A stretch of DNA of 64,000 nucleotides, taken from contig OZ257142.1 of NCBI GenBank assembly GCA_965279035.1, positions 704,001 to 768,000 on the forward strand, given 5' to 3'. Origin of the DNA: Bacteroidia bacterium (GTDB lineage: Bacteria > Bacteroidota > Bacteroidia > M30B66). Below are positions 18,738 to 28,900 of this stretch, in pieces. Under the pieces are notes generated by a model, which saw nothing but the letters and a program-made list of their open reading frames with translations, did not search any database and had not been told where the DNA came from. The translations under genes were made by a program, and so were the position numbers. Every line of letters begins with the position of its first letter. The stretch's first letter is position 1.

Positions 18738-21230
18738 TTAATTAACGCTTGAAGCAGCTTTATGTTTGTCTTTAGGAAGCTCAATCTTAACCGGATTCTT
18801 TACCAGTTGATTGGTCAATGCTAACTTTAATACTTCACGCATGGTAGAAACATAGTGAAACTCCATTCCCTTAAGGTATTCTGAATTAATTTCCTCTACA
18901 TCTTTTCGGTTTTCTTCCGAAAGAATAACGGTTTGGATATTTGCTCGTTTTGCGGCAAGAATTTTCTCCTTAATTCCACCTACTGGCAACACCACACCAC
19001 GTAAAGTAATTTCACCCGTCATAGCCAATTGTGACTTCACTTTTTTCTGAGTAAATGCCGAAGAAAGTGCCGTTAACATAGCAATACCGGCCGATGGACC
19101 ATCTTTCGGAGTTGCGCCCTCAGGAACGTGAATATGTACGTTATAATGATCAAAAATCTCTGGAGAAATCCCCAAATAGCTTTCAGCGTGCGATTTCAAG
19201 AATTCTAATGCAATAACAGCACTTTCCTTCATCACATCTCCTAAATTTCCAGTCAGCGATAATTTACCATTTCCTTTGCTGAGCAAGGTTTCGATAAATA
19301 AAATATCGCCACCAACCGAAGTCCAAGCTAAACCAGTTACCACACCTGCAACTTCATTGTTTTCATATTTGTCGCGGTGGTAACGCGCTGGTCCCATGAT
19401 GCGTTCAATATCTTCTACATCGATTTTAGGATTACTTACTTCATCCATCGCAATCGACTTTGCTACAGAACGAATCACTTTAGCAATACGTTTTTCTAAA
19501 GCTCGCACACCTGATTCACGTGTATAATCTTCAATCAGTTTATCCAGCGCCTTTTTGGAAAACTTAACTTGATTCTTTGTTACACCATGTTCTCCCAATT
19601 GTTTGGGAATCAAATGTTGTTTGGCGATTTCAACTTTTTCTTCCTGAGTATATCCAGTAACTTCAATGAGTTCCATCCGGTCGAGTAGGGCAGGTTGAAT
19701 GGTGTTTAGGTTATTGGCGGTAGCAATGAACATAGCACGACTTAGGTCAAAATCCTGCTCCACGTAATTGTCGTAGAACGTGCTGTTTTGTTCTGGATCC
19801 AATACTTCAAGCAATGCCGATGATGGATCTCCATGATAATCACTTCCTACTTTGTCAATCTCATCAAGCACAAAAACTGGATTAGCCGCTTTTGCCTTAC
19901 GTAAATTTTGGATAATACGACCTGGCATAGCACCAATGTATGTCTTGCGGTGACCACGGATTTCAGCTTCGTCTCTCACGCCTCCTAATGACATACGAAT
20001 GTATTCACGACCAAGTGCTTTTGCGATGGATTTTCCAAGAGATGTTTTACCAACTCCCGGAGGACCATAAAAGCAAAGAATAGGAGAACGCATATCACCT
20101 TTGAGTTTCAAAACAGCGAGGTATTCTAAGATTCGCTCTTTCACTTTTTCAAGGCCGTAATGGTCTTTATCGAGAATCTTTTGTGCGCCTTTGAGGTCGA
20201 AAGTATCGGTTGTGTATTTGTTCCAAGGCAATTCCAATAACAAATCGAGGTAATTGCGTTGAACAGAGTATTCGGCTGAGTTAGGGTTGATGCGTTGAAG
20301 CTTATCAAGTTCTTTGAAGAAGTGTTTTTTTACTCCTTCACCCCATTTCATTTCTCCAGCTTTTACACGAATTTCATCAAGTTCTTCTTCATACACATTA
20401 CCACCCAATTCTTCCTGAATGGTTTTTAATTGCTGATGAAGGAAATACTCTCGTTGTTGTTGGTCGATGTCAATCTTAACCTTACTCTGAATTTGGTTTT
20501 TAAGCTCTTGAAGTTGAAGTTCTTTGGTGAGATTCTTCAAAACCAATTCTGCTCGAGCTTTCAAATCGGCCACTTCCAACATCTGTTGTTTTTCGGCTAC
20601 TTCCGCATTCATGTTGGAAGAGATGAAATTGATGAGGAATGATGGACTATCGATATTCTTAATGGCAAAAGCTGCTTCCGAAGGAATATTTGGCGATTGC
20701 TGTATGATTTGTAGTGAGATGTCTTTTAAAGAAGACACCATGGCAGCAAATTCTTTGTCGTCTTTTGTAGGACGAGTTTCTTCGAAAGGTTTGATACGAG
20801 CCTTAATGTATGGGTCTTCTTGGGTAACTTCTTCCAATTGAAAACGCTTTTTCCCTTGGATAATTACAGTAGTGTTACCATCGGGCATGCGCAACATTTT
20901 GATAATTAGTGCGATGGTTCCCACCTTATTCAAATCCTCAAACCGAGGATCTTCAATTCCTACATCTTTCTGAGATACTACACCGATAATTTTATCTGCT
21001 TTGTAAGCATCTTTAATCAGCTTTATCGATTTGTCGCGCCCAACAGTAATGGGAATTACAACTCCTGGAAAAAGAACCGTATTGCGCAAGGGTAATATAG
21101 AAACCTCATTCGGGATTTCTTCGGTATTCATTTGCTCTTCATCTTCGCTCGATAATAGAGGGATGAACTCAGAGTCATCCTCAATCATTGGGTTAAAGCG
21201 AAAGCTGTCGAAGGGAATATTTTCGTTCAT
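18738..21230 (-). CDS. lon: Endopeptidase La (Lon)
   Basis: [20 protein letters not shown] Walker [15 protein letters not shown] catalytic Ser, GGIKEK. Confidence 0.98.
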   Translation of the reverse strand: MNENIPFDSFRFNPMIEDDSEFIPLLSSEDEEQMNTEEIPNEVSILPLRNTVLFPGVVIPITVGRDKSIKLIKDAYKADKIIGVVSQKDVGIEDPRFEDLNKVGTIALIIKMLRMPDGNTTVIIQGKKRFQLEEVTQEDPYIKARIKPFEETRPTKDDKEFAAMVSSLKDISLQIIQQSPNIPSEAAFAIKNIDSPSFLINFISSNMNAEVAEKQQMLEVADLKARAELVLKNLTKELQLQELKNQIQSKVKIDIDQQQREYFLHQQLKTIQEELGGNVYEEELDEIRVKAGEMKWGEGVKKHFFKELDKLQRINPNSAEYSVQRNYLDLLLELPWNKYTTDTFDLKGAQKILDKDHYGLEKVKERILEYLAVLKLKGDMRSPILCFYGPPGVGKTSLGKSIAKALGREYIRMSLGGVRDEAEIRGHRKTYIGAMPGRIIQNLRKAKAANPVFVLDEIDKVGSDYHGDPSSALLEVLDPEQNSTFYDNYVEQDFDLSRAMFIATANNLNTIQPALLDRMELIEVTGYTQEEKVEIAKQHLIPKQLGEHGVTKNQVKFSKKALDKLIEDYTRESGVRALEKRIAKVIRSVAKSIAMDEVSNPKIDVEDIERIMGPARYHRDKYENNEVAGVVTGLAWTSVGGDILFIETLLSKGNGKLSLTGNLGDVMKESAVIALEFLKSHAESYLGISPEIFDHYNVHIHVPEGATPKDGPSAGIAMLTALSSAFTQKKVKSQLAMTGEITLRGVVLPVGGIKEKILAAKRANIQTVILSEENRKDVEEINSEYLKGMEFHYVSTMREVLKLALTNQLVKNPVKIELPKDKHKAASSVN

Positions 21231-21244
21231 AAAATTCGTTCAAG

Positions 21245-21317
21245 TGACATTTCGTCAGACTGCCGCACAAAATCAGGAATATCCAACGGGGCGCGCCTTT
21301 GGACAAGCTATGTGCCA
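21245..21317 (-). promoter_or_regulatory. sigma54-like -24/-12 element plus palindromic TGAC-N5-GTCA box upstream of lon
   Basis: Minus strand TGGCAC-ATAGC-TTGT (21303-21317); TGACATTTCGTCA (21245-21257). Confidence 0.55.
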
Positions 21318-21343
21318 AAGGAAATCAAGGTGAAATATACGAC

Positions 21344-22516
21344 TTAACCCTGACGATATTGTCGCGTTAATTCATAAACATCTTCCAACAAACGCGACTC
21401 TATTTCATCAAATACCTTATGCCTTCTTTCCATCACTAAGGCAGCTGTTTCGGATGCTTTATCTAGCCGGTATTCGGTAATTCCTTGTGGGCCGCCCCAG
21501 CTAAAGGATGGAATGAAATTTTTAGGGAATCCTGCTCCATAGATATTTGCGCTTACGCCTACTACTGTTCCAGTATTGAACATGGTATTGATTCCACATT
21601 TACTGTGATCGCCCATAATCAATCCACAGAACTGCAAACCAGTTGAAATTTGCTTCTCCTCCACATAATTCCAAAGCTTTACAGTAGAGTAATTATTCTT
21701 TAAATTGGAATTATTCGTATCAGCTCCAAGGTTACACCATTCTCCAATGACTGAATTTCCGAGGAATCCATCATGACCTTTATTTGAATATCCTTGAATG
21801 ACACTGTTGCTTACCTCTCCACCAACTCGCGAATGTGGGCCTAGAGTTGTTGCTCCGTATATTTTAGCTCCCATCTTTACCGAACTGCCTTCACACAAAG
21901 CAAAACTGCCACGAATCATACTGCCTTCCCAAACCTCGGTGTCTTTACCTAAATAAATAGGACCAGATTGAGTATTGAAAACCGAACACAAAGCTTTTGC
22001 ACCTTCTTCGGCAAAGAATCGATCACCAATTATGGTATTTGAACTGTCTATCTCGGCCGATTTTCTGCCTTTTGTAAGCAGTTCAAAATCATCTTCTATT
22101 GCACGGGCATTTAACGAAAAGATATCCCATAAATGTCGGATGCGAAACAAGGGTTTTTTGAATTCAAGGCACTCGTAATCTTCTTTTCGGGTTGATAAGC
22201 TATTTTCAGTATCAAATGCTGCTATGAGCTCTCCTTGTTGAACCAATGCCTGTCCTTTTGTAAGAAAACGAACGGCTTCCAATATTCCCTCTTCAGGCAT
22301 GATGCTTCCAGCAATCAAAATATTCTCAGTAAACCTGCGACTAGGGAATTTAGCTTGTAAATAGTTTTGTGTTAGATACGACGCTCGATCAAAACCATGA
22401 TTTTCCCATTTTTCCTTGATTGTTAATATTCCAATTCGAAGATCCGCAACAGGGCGAGTGAACGTAAGTGGAAGAAGATGGTTTCTTCGGGAATCGTCGA
22501 AAAGAATAATATTCAT
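21344..22516 (-). CDS. GlmU family protein (putative sugar nucleotidyltransferase with left-handed beta-helix)
   Basis: LLPLTFTRPVADLRIGILTI..KW, SNKGHDGFLGNSVIGEWCNLGADTN. Confidence 0.88.
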   Translation of the reverse strand: MNIILFDDSRRNHLLPLTFTRPVADLRIGILTIKEKWENHGFDRASYLTQNYLQAKFPSRRFTENILIAGSIMPEEGILEAVRFLTKGQALVQQGELIAAFDTENSLSTRKEDYECLEFKKPLFRIRHLWDIFSLNARAIEDDFELLTKGRKSAEIDSSNTIIGDRFFAEEGAKALCSVFNTQSGPIYLGKDTEVWEGSMIRGSFALCEGSSVKMGAKIYGATTLGPHSRVGGEVSNSVIQGYSNKGHDGFLGNSVIGEWCNLGADTNNSNLKNNYSTVKLWNYVEEKQISTGLQFCGLIMGDHSKCGINTMFNTGTVVGVSANIYGAGFPKNFIPSFSWGGPQGITEYRLDKASETAALVMERRHKVFDEIESRLLEDVYELTRQYRQG

Positions 22517-22523
22517 AGTTCAC

Positions 22524-22556
22524 AAAAATAAAAAAGCCCTCCAATTGGAAGGCTTT
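22524..22556 (-). terminator. Intrinsic terminator after L31 gene
   Basis: aaagccctcc-aatt-ggaaggcttt with an A-run giving a U tail on the minus strand. Confidence 0.8.
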
Positions 22557-22577
22557 AAATATGATTTTAGGTTTCGA

Positions 22578-22844
22578 TTACATATTAATCTTACCCTGAT
22601 GACCTTTGTATCGATTACGGAATTTATCAACGCGACCTGCAGTATCTACCAGTTTAATTTTACCTGTGTAGAATGGATGTGATGAAGATGAAATCTCCAA
22701 TTTTGCAAGTGGATATTCGTTACCATCTTCCCAAACGATTGTTTCTTTAGAGTCAATACATGACTTAGTTAAAGTCAACGTTTCGTCTGACATGTCTTTA
22801 AATACAACAAGACGGTAATTTGATGGATGGATATCTGGTTTCAT
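22578..22844 (-). CDS. rpmE2: 50S ribosomal protein L31 type B
   Basis: [37 protein letters not shown]; no CxxC pairs; ATG at 22844. Confidence 0.95.
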   Translation of the reverse strand: MKPDIHPSNYRLVVFKDMSDETLTLTKSCIDSKETIVWEDGNEYPLAKLEISSSSHPFYTGKIKLVDTAGRVDKFRNRYKGHQGKINM

Positions 22845-22865
22845 AGTATGCTCAAAAATGGACGG

Positions 22866-22896
22866 CAAATGTAAGACGATATGATTTCTTATGCAA
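22866..22896 (-). promoter_or_regulatory. Bacteroidota sigma-A promoter of L31 gene
   Basis: TTG-N20-TACATTTG on the minus strand. Confidence 0.65.
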
Positions 22897-22917
22897 GAAA
22901 AATAATTATGAATTTTA

Positions 22918-22961
22918 GAAATGGCACGCAGCAGCGGTTAGGCTACTGCCACGTGCATTTC
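22918..22961 (-). terminator. Hairpin downstream of the giant T9SS gene
   Basis: Minus strand gaaatgcacgtggcagtagc-ctaacc-gctgctgcgtgccatttc, bulged stem. Confidence 0.55.
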
Positions 22962-22997
22962 AAATCGAATCACATAACCACATTCTTGAAATTCAAT

Positions 22998-25900
22998 TTA
23001 ATGTGTTACTACCACGCGAATAGTTCTTGTGGTTTTGTTATCACGAATTACAGCTAGGTAAGTTCCTGCTTTCAAGTCGGAAGTGCTGATTGTTTCAACC
23101 GTATTTGTAAGCGTTTTTCTAAGAACCACTTTGCCAGTGATGTCGGTTAATTCTAACACCGCTTGACGAGAATCTGAACGAAGGATTTTTACTAATTCGT
23201 TGGCTGGATTCGGGAAGGCGATGAGTTGATTTCCGTCCGTTACATTGGCAATTCCTGTTACATCATCTGTAATGGCAATTTCGTAGCTCGAAGTAGAAGT
23301 ACAACCACCATTGCTGATTGAAAGCGTTACGGTATAGATTCCTGTTTGCATGTATGCGTGCGATACGTTTGCACCAGCAACTACGCTTGTTTGATCACCG
23401 AAATTCCACGTGTATTCAGCACCAGCAATTTGAACTGTGCTAAATTCTACGATGGCTTTATCAAGGGAGATGCTCGAAGCCGAACTTGTGATACCGGCAT
23501 TTTCGAAAGCTTCAAATCCTTGAATATCGATCAAAGTAGAATTGAATTCAGTTCCATCATACGATGTTTCCATTGAGTATGATTGTGGAGCCAAGCCAGT
23601 GAAGATGTATTCTGCCATCACTGAATCTTTCGCCATGACTACTTCGCCCGCTGTGTTTTTGATACGTGCTTGCATTGGGTAGTTTTGGTTTGGATTGCTT
23701 AGAATCACTTTTCCTGTGTTTTCGTTAGTACAAGAACCAGTTGAAGAATAAGCAAATGGAGCCATGAAATGCAGGCGGAAACGTGTCCCAACAAATGCAG
23801 GATCGTTGGTAAATGAATAATTCGAAGCTGCATTCAAGTTGTGGAATTCACTTGTTTTACGGTCTTCCAAGAACACACGAACTGTTGGATCGAAGTTATC
23901 AAATAGGTTGAGGTCGAATGAATAAGTTCCGGCAGTTGCCATCACCACACCTAAATCAATTACACGAGCAGCGTTGAGGACTGGTAAATACTGAGTTGTA
24001 AATTGACCATCACCAAGCATAGTGTATAATTCAAGTACATCGCTCGAAGGCATTCTTGGAGAATCGAATCCGAAATCAACGCCATCAGTGCCTGTTTCAC
24101 CAAAACCAACAACCGCATCAAAACTAATTTGATTTGGATTGGTTAAACGTAACCGAAGGATAGAGTAAGGACTATCGTTATCGAGGAACTGAGTTGAGTT
24201 ACCTGGATAATTTGGAACACGTTGATTTGAGTTGAAACTTACTGTTCCGGCACCGCTTACTTGAGCGAAAAATCCTTGTCCTGCAGAGATTTCAGCAGAG
24301 TTAAATCCGGGAACAGGATTTCCTGATAAAACACCTAAGCCTGATAATACAACATACGAGTTAGAAGTGAAAGGAAATGATCCTGCAAAAGACCAAAGAT
24401 AAACTGACCCAAGATTGGAATTAGTAGATCGGAGTAAATTGTAGGAAAGTGCCGAAGGATAAGGATTACTAAGTAGATTGAAGTTATTCCCAACATTCAC
24501 AGTCACAGGAAAATTGTAAGTACTTTCATTTGGAGTTCCAGTGAAAGTCACATTTCCATTTCCTGCATACGTTTGAATATATCCTTTGCCCGGTAACATT
24601 GCAACAGGAGTTGTTATTGGATTTCCCCAAGCACCTTGGATACTTCCTCCTGCCGACATGTTGTCATAAGCATAAATATTATTTCCAAAAGTTGATTGTA
24701 AGGAGTTTGTAGAAGCACCAGTTACAGGAGAACCCCAATAATTGTAACCTCCGTAAATAGAACCATTTCGTTTGTAAATAATGTTTCCAATTACATTTCC
24801 GCTATAATTTTTAGTTAAATCACCTGTAGCAACGCCACCACTTAGTAGTACTGAATTATTCTCAAAACTCATATTCCCATTGCTTGTAACGCTTACTCCT
24901 GCTCGAACAGCTACAACTCCATAAAAGTGAATGAGCGTTTGAACTGCACCGGAATTTAAGCCTCCTTCATTGAAACGGAGAGTCCCTTGTCCTGAAATTT
25001 TGGGCGCTGTGGCAACGATGTTCGCATAATTACCAGAACGTGTGATGAAACTTTTATAAGTAGAACTTGCTGTGAGTCGTAATTCAGATCCTGCAAATAT
25101 CAAGACTGAAGGTGTGAAACCATTTGCTAGCGTATGAACGAATTCAATTCCATGGGCGTTTTGTGTCCCACTAATTGTCGGATAAACATTGCTTGCTAAG
25201 GTTGGAATGATGACCGTTGAACTTGCTGAAGGTGTAGTTAAGGCTGTTGCGTCTCCTCCAACCCAATTAGCTGGGTTAGAGAAATTATTATCTATAGCTC
25301 CAGTCCATATTAATCCATTGGTTACAGCCATCTTAAGATATTGAGCAGGAGCAGCATTACCGGCAGTTGTTCTAGCCAAACGGATGTAAACAGTAGTTCC
25401 AGGAGTTAATCCAGATGCAGCAGCATAAGCCATATTAGCAGCAGCTCCCCCTGAATTACAGGCAACTTGAGAAAGTCCAGTTGAACAAGTAGTTGCTGTG
25501 AAAATCTGAACTAAGGCACTAGTTATATTTAATGAAGCAATTGGATTATTATGTTCTTGTGTAATTACATGGATTTCCCCATTTGAAGGAACAACAGATC
25601 TAAACCAAATGTCTTTATCAATTCCAACACAAGCAGCGCCCGGACTTGCTGTTGCTCCCGCTAAAGAACGAAGAACGAATACTGGAGTATTAGTAACAGT
25701 TACTAGCCCTTGAGATTGATCTGCCAAGCAAATGTCGTTTGTTAGAGCAGGATCAACATTAACTAAAACAGCTGTTGCGCCCGAAGTACAACTTGTTACG
25801 CTACTAGTTGCTGTTACATGATATACAACAGTTGAAAAAGGAGCAGCATAAACCGTTGTAGAATGTGTATTCAATACATAAGGAATTGTAAGAGATGCAT

Positions 25901-28900
25901 CCATGTACAAGTCGCTTGCTGGTGACCAATGATACACTGAATTCACATCAATATTTGATATCGTAAGCGCTTGTGAAGAATTGGATGCATTTATTGTTGC
26001 CGACGAAGGATTTACAACTGGGCGTGGTTCAATAATAATTGTTTGATCGTAAGTTGCATCCGCACATGGAGAGTTTGATACGGTCATTCGCAAAGTAACT
26101 ATTGTTCCAGCATCATTTGGTGCAGGTGAATATGTTGGACTTGTAGAGCTTGTATTAATTAAAGCTCCATTTCCTGTAAGACGTGTCCAGTTTATCGTTC
26201 CATTGGTAGCTGTAATACCAGTTAATGTCACAAATCCATTTTCACATGTAATAAATGTTCCTGAACCAGAAGCCGTTGGGCTCTGACTAATACTCACAGC
26301 ATTTATAGCAGAAGTTGTATTACAACCATTCGTATTACTAACAATTAACGTATAGTTTCCACTAGTTGAAGCTGTGTAATTGTTGGATGTTGCTAAAGGA
26401 ATATTGACTCCTCCTAATTGCCATTGGAAGCCGCTTATCGAACCGCTACCAGCACTTGAGCCAATTGCACCTAAGACAGTTCCAGAGGAAGCGCAACCCG
26501 AAAGAGAACCACTTATCGTAGAAATTGGTTTTGCATAAACTGTAGCTATTACTGGAGTTCTAGTTGTGCTTTCGCAACCACTTGTGGTATTATAGATTGT
26601 GACATAATATGTTGCAGTGCTTGAAATTACAGTTGTTGTATAAGAACTACCAGTAGATTGTAATAAGGTTCCTCCACTTGAAGCATCGTACCATTTATAG
26701 TCTTCACCTGCAATTGCATCTGTTGCGTCAAGAAGAAGTGATCCAGTTCCGCAAATTTGTGATGGAATTCCTGTTGGAGCCGAAGGTATCGCCGGGTCGA
26801 ACAATGAAATGCTTCCTGAAACTGGATATGGATCAGAATTACATCCGTTGATGCTTACTATGATATTATCATAATCACCTTGTCCTAATCCGCTAAGTTG
26901 AAGAACACCACTTCCATTGCTTGTTATCGATCCGGCATTGATTGTTGCGCCACTGTTTTTCTTGTACGAAACAGAATAAGAAGTTGAATTTGATAAACCA
27001 CTTAGTTGAATAGTTCCATTTGTACCAGAACAGGTTGTTGGATCGATTGCAATAAAAGAGGAGATAACTGGTATTGCAGGATCTGAAAGTACAAGGTTTC
27101 CTGATAATGGATATGCAGGAGAATAGCAACCTAATGCATTGGTTACAACAAAGGTATTATATGAACCTTCTGTCAAGCCTGAAACGACTAATGCTCCCGA
27201 ACCATTTGTAGTTAAACTACCTGCATTAACAGGCGTTACACCTTTGATATACGTTAGAGTATAGCTTGTACTAACCGACAATCCATTTAAGGTAATACTA
27301 CCATTTGAACCACCACAAGTACTTGGATTCACTGGTGAGTATGATCCAATAGACGGGCTTGATGGCGGCACTAAAGCTATAACTCCAGAAGATGGAGTAG
27401 GAGAAGAATTACAACCTGACAGAGACACTACGATGTTATCATAATTGCCTTCTGTTAGATTATTTATTATTAATGATCCACCTCCATTTGTAAGTATGCT
27501 TCCAGCATTTGTATTCACAGTGTTTCTGTCATAATTCACTGTATACGAAGTTGAAGCCAACAGGCCGTTTAATTGGATACTTCCATCATTTCCAGCACAT
27601 GTAGTTGGATTGGTAGTAGAAACACCACTTACCGAAGGTGCTGCTGGATCGTTAAGGGCAATAAAGCCTGAACTTGGATATGCTGGTGTTGATGAACATC
27701 CGGCTAGAGTTAGAACGATATTATCGTATGCACCATCACCTAAACCAGTAATGATTAATGAACCACCGACATTTGTTGAAATGCTTCCTGCGTTCACATT
27801 CGGAGGACCATTTTTCTGATATAGTACAGTATAGCTTGTTGATGGGACTAATCCATTCAACGTAATTGTACCATTACTTCCAGCACAGGTAGTAGGATTT
27901 GTTTTAGAATCAGAGGTGATGATTGGATTTTTGAAAGTAACCACTATCGGTTTTACATCATTTCCACAAGTATTCGCATATTTTACATAAATGGTTGAAG
28001 CTACACTTACAGCAGAAGGATCGCCCGTATATGACGTTGTTGCACCTAGATTAGTCCAATAGGTTATTCCAGAAACAAGAACACCATTTGTAACATTCAC
28101 AATTCCTGATGCAGTTATATCAACAGTTCCAGGAGAACATCCTGCTGGAGGATTGGTTACAGAAATGATTGGTGAAGGTTCCAATATTTCAAATGGAGTT
28201 GTTTCACTACCAACAATTGCAGGTGTGCTTGATATGACACGAATCTTATAACCTAAACCAGCAAGTGCTCCGGCAGGTATTACACCCGGACCAGCTGTTA
28301 TTGTTCCACTAGCAGTGCTGGTTAGTGTTCCAATGGTGACAGGGCTCGCAAAACTTCCACTAGCATCTGAAAGTTGAGCAGTAAAAATATTTCCACCAGT
28401 ATAGGATCCAGTAACAGTATAGGAAACACTAATAGCAGAACCTGGACATTGTGTAACAGCTACATTGCTTGTAGTGATAGTATTACAAGAACTCACAACA
28501 ACAGCAACAGCATCAGAGTTTCTAGAACAGCTTCCGCTGGTTAATTTAACAGTATAAAAATAGTTCCCCGCTGTAGCAGTAGATGGACTATAGGTAGATG
28601 ATGTTTGTCCACCAATATTACTGTTACTTGGAGGCCAAGCGTATGTTTGCCATTGATACGTTGGAGAACTCATTCCTCCTGAATTCACTGCAGTAAGAGT
28701 AAGAGGACTTCCTGTACATACGTTTTGTTGTCCAGTTGGAGTTATAGTTGGTTTTGTAGTTGGAGTATAAACAAATATTCTTCCTGTAACTGGCCATGAA
28801 GATGCGCAATTCCATCCTCCAGCTAATGACATTCCATCGGTGTTTGAAACTCCAGCTGTTGTACTTGCCCATGGCCCTTCGCAACCGTTTGTTCTATTTA

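Noticed and set aside
22578-22844. Zinc-starvation paralog switch (Cys-motif-free L31)
   Set aside because: Type B L31 is the usual form in Bacteroidota and no Zur-like box was recognised.
26760-27920. Recent DNA-level tandem duplication or invertible shuffling cassette
   Set aside because: Repeats are clear only at protein level, and no recombinase or flanking inverted repeats were seen.
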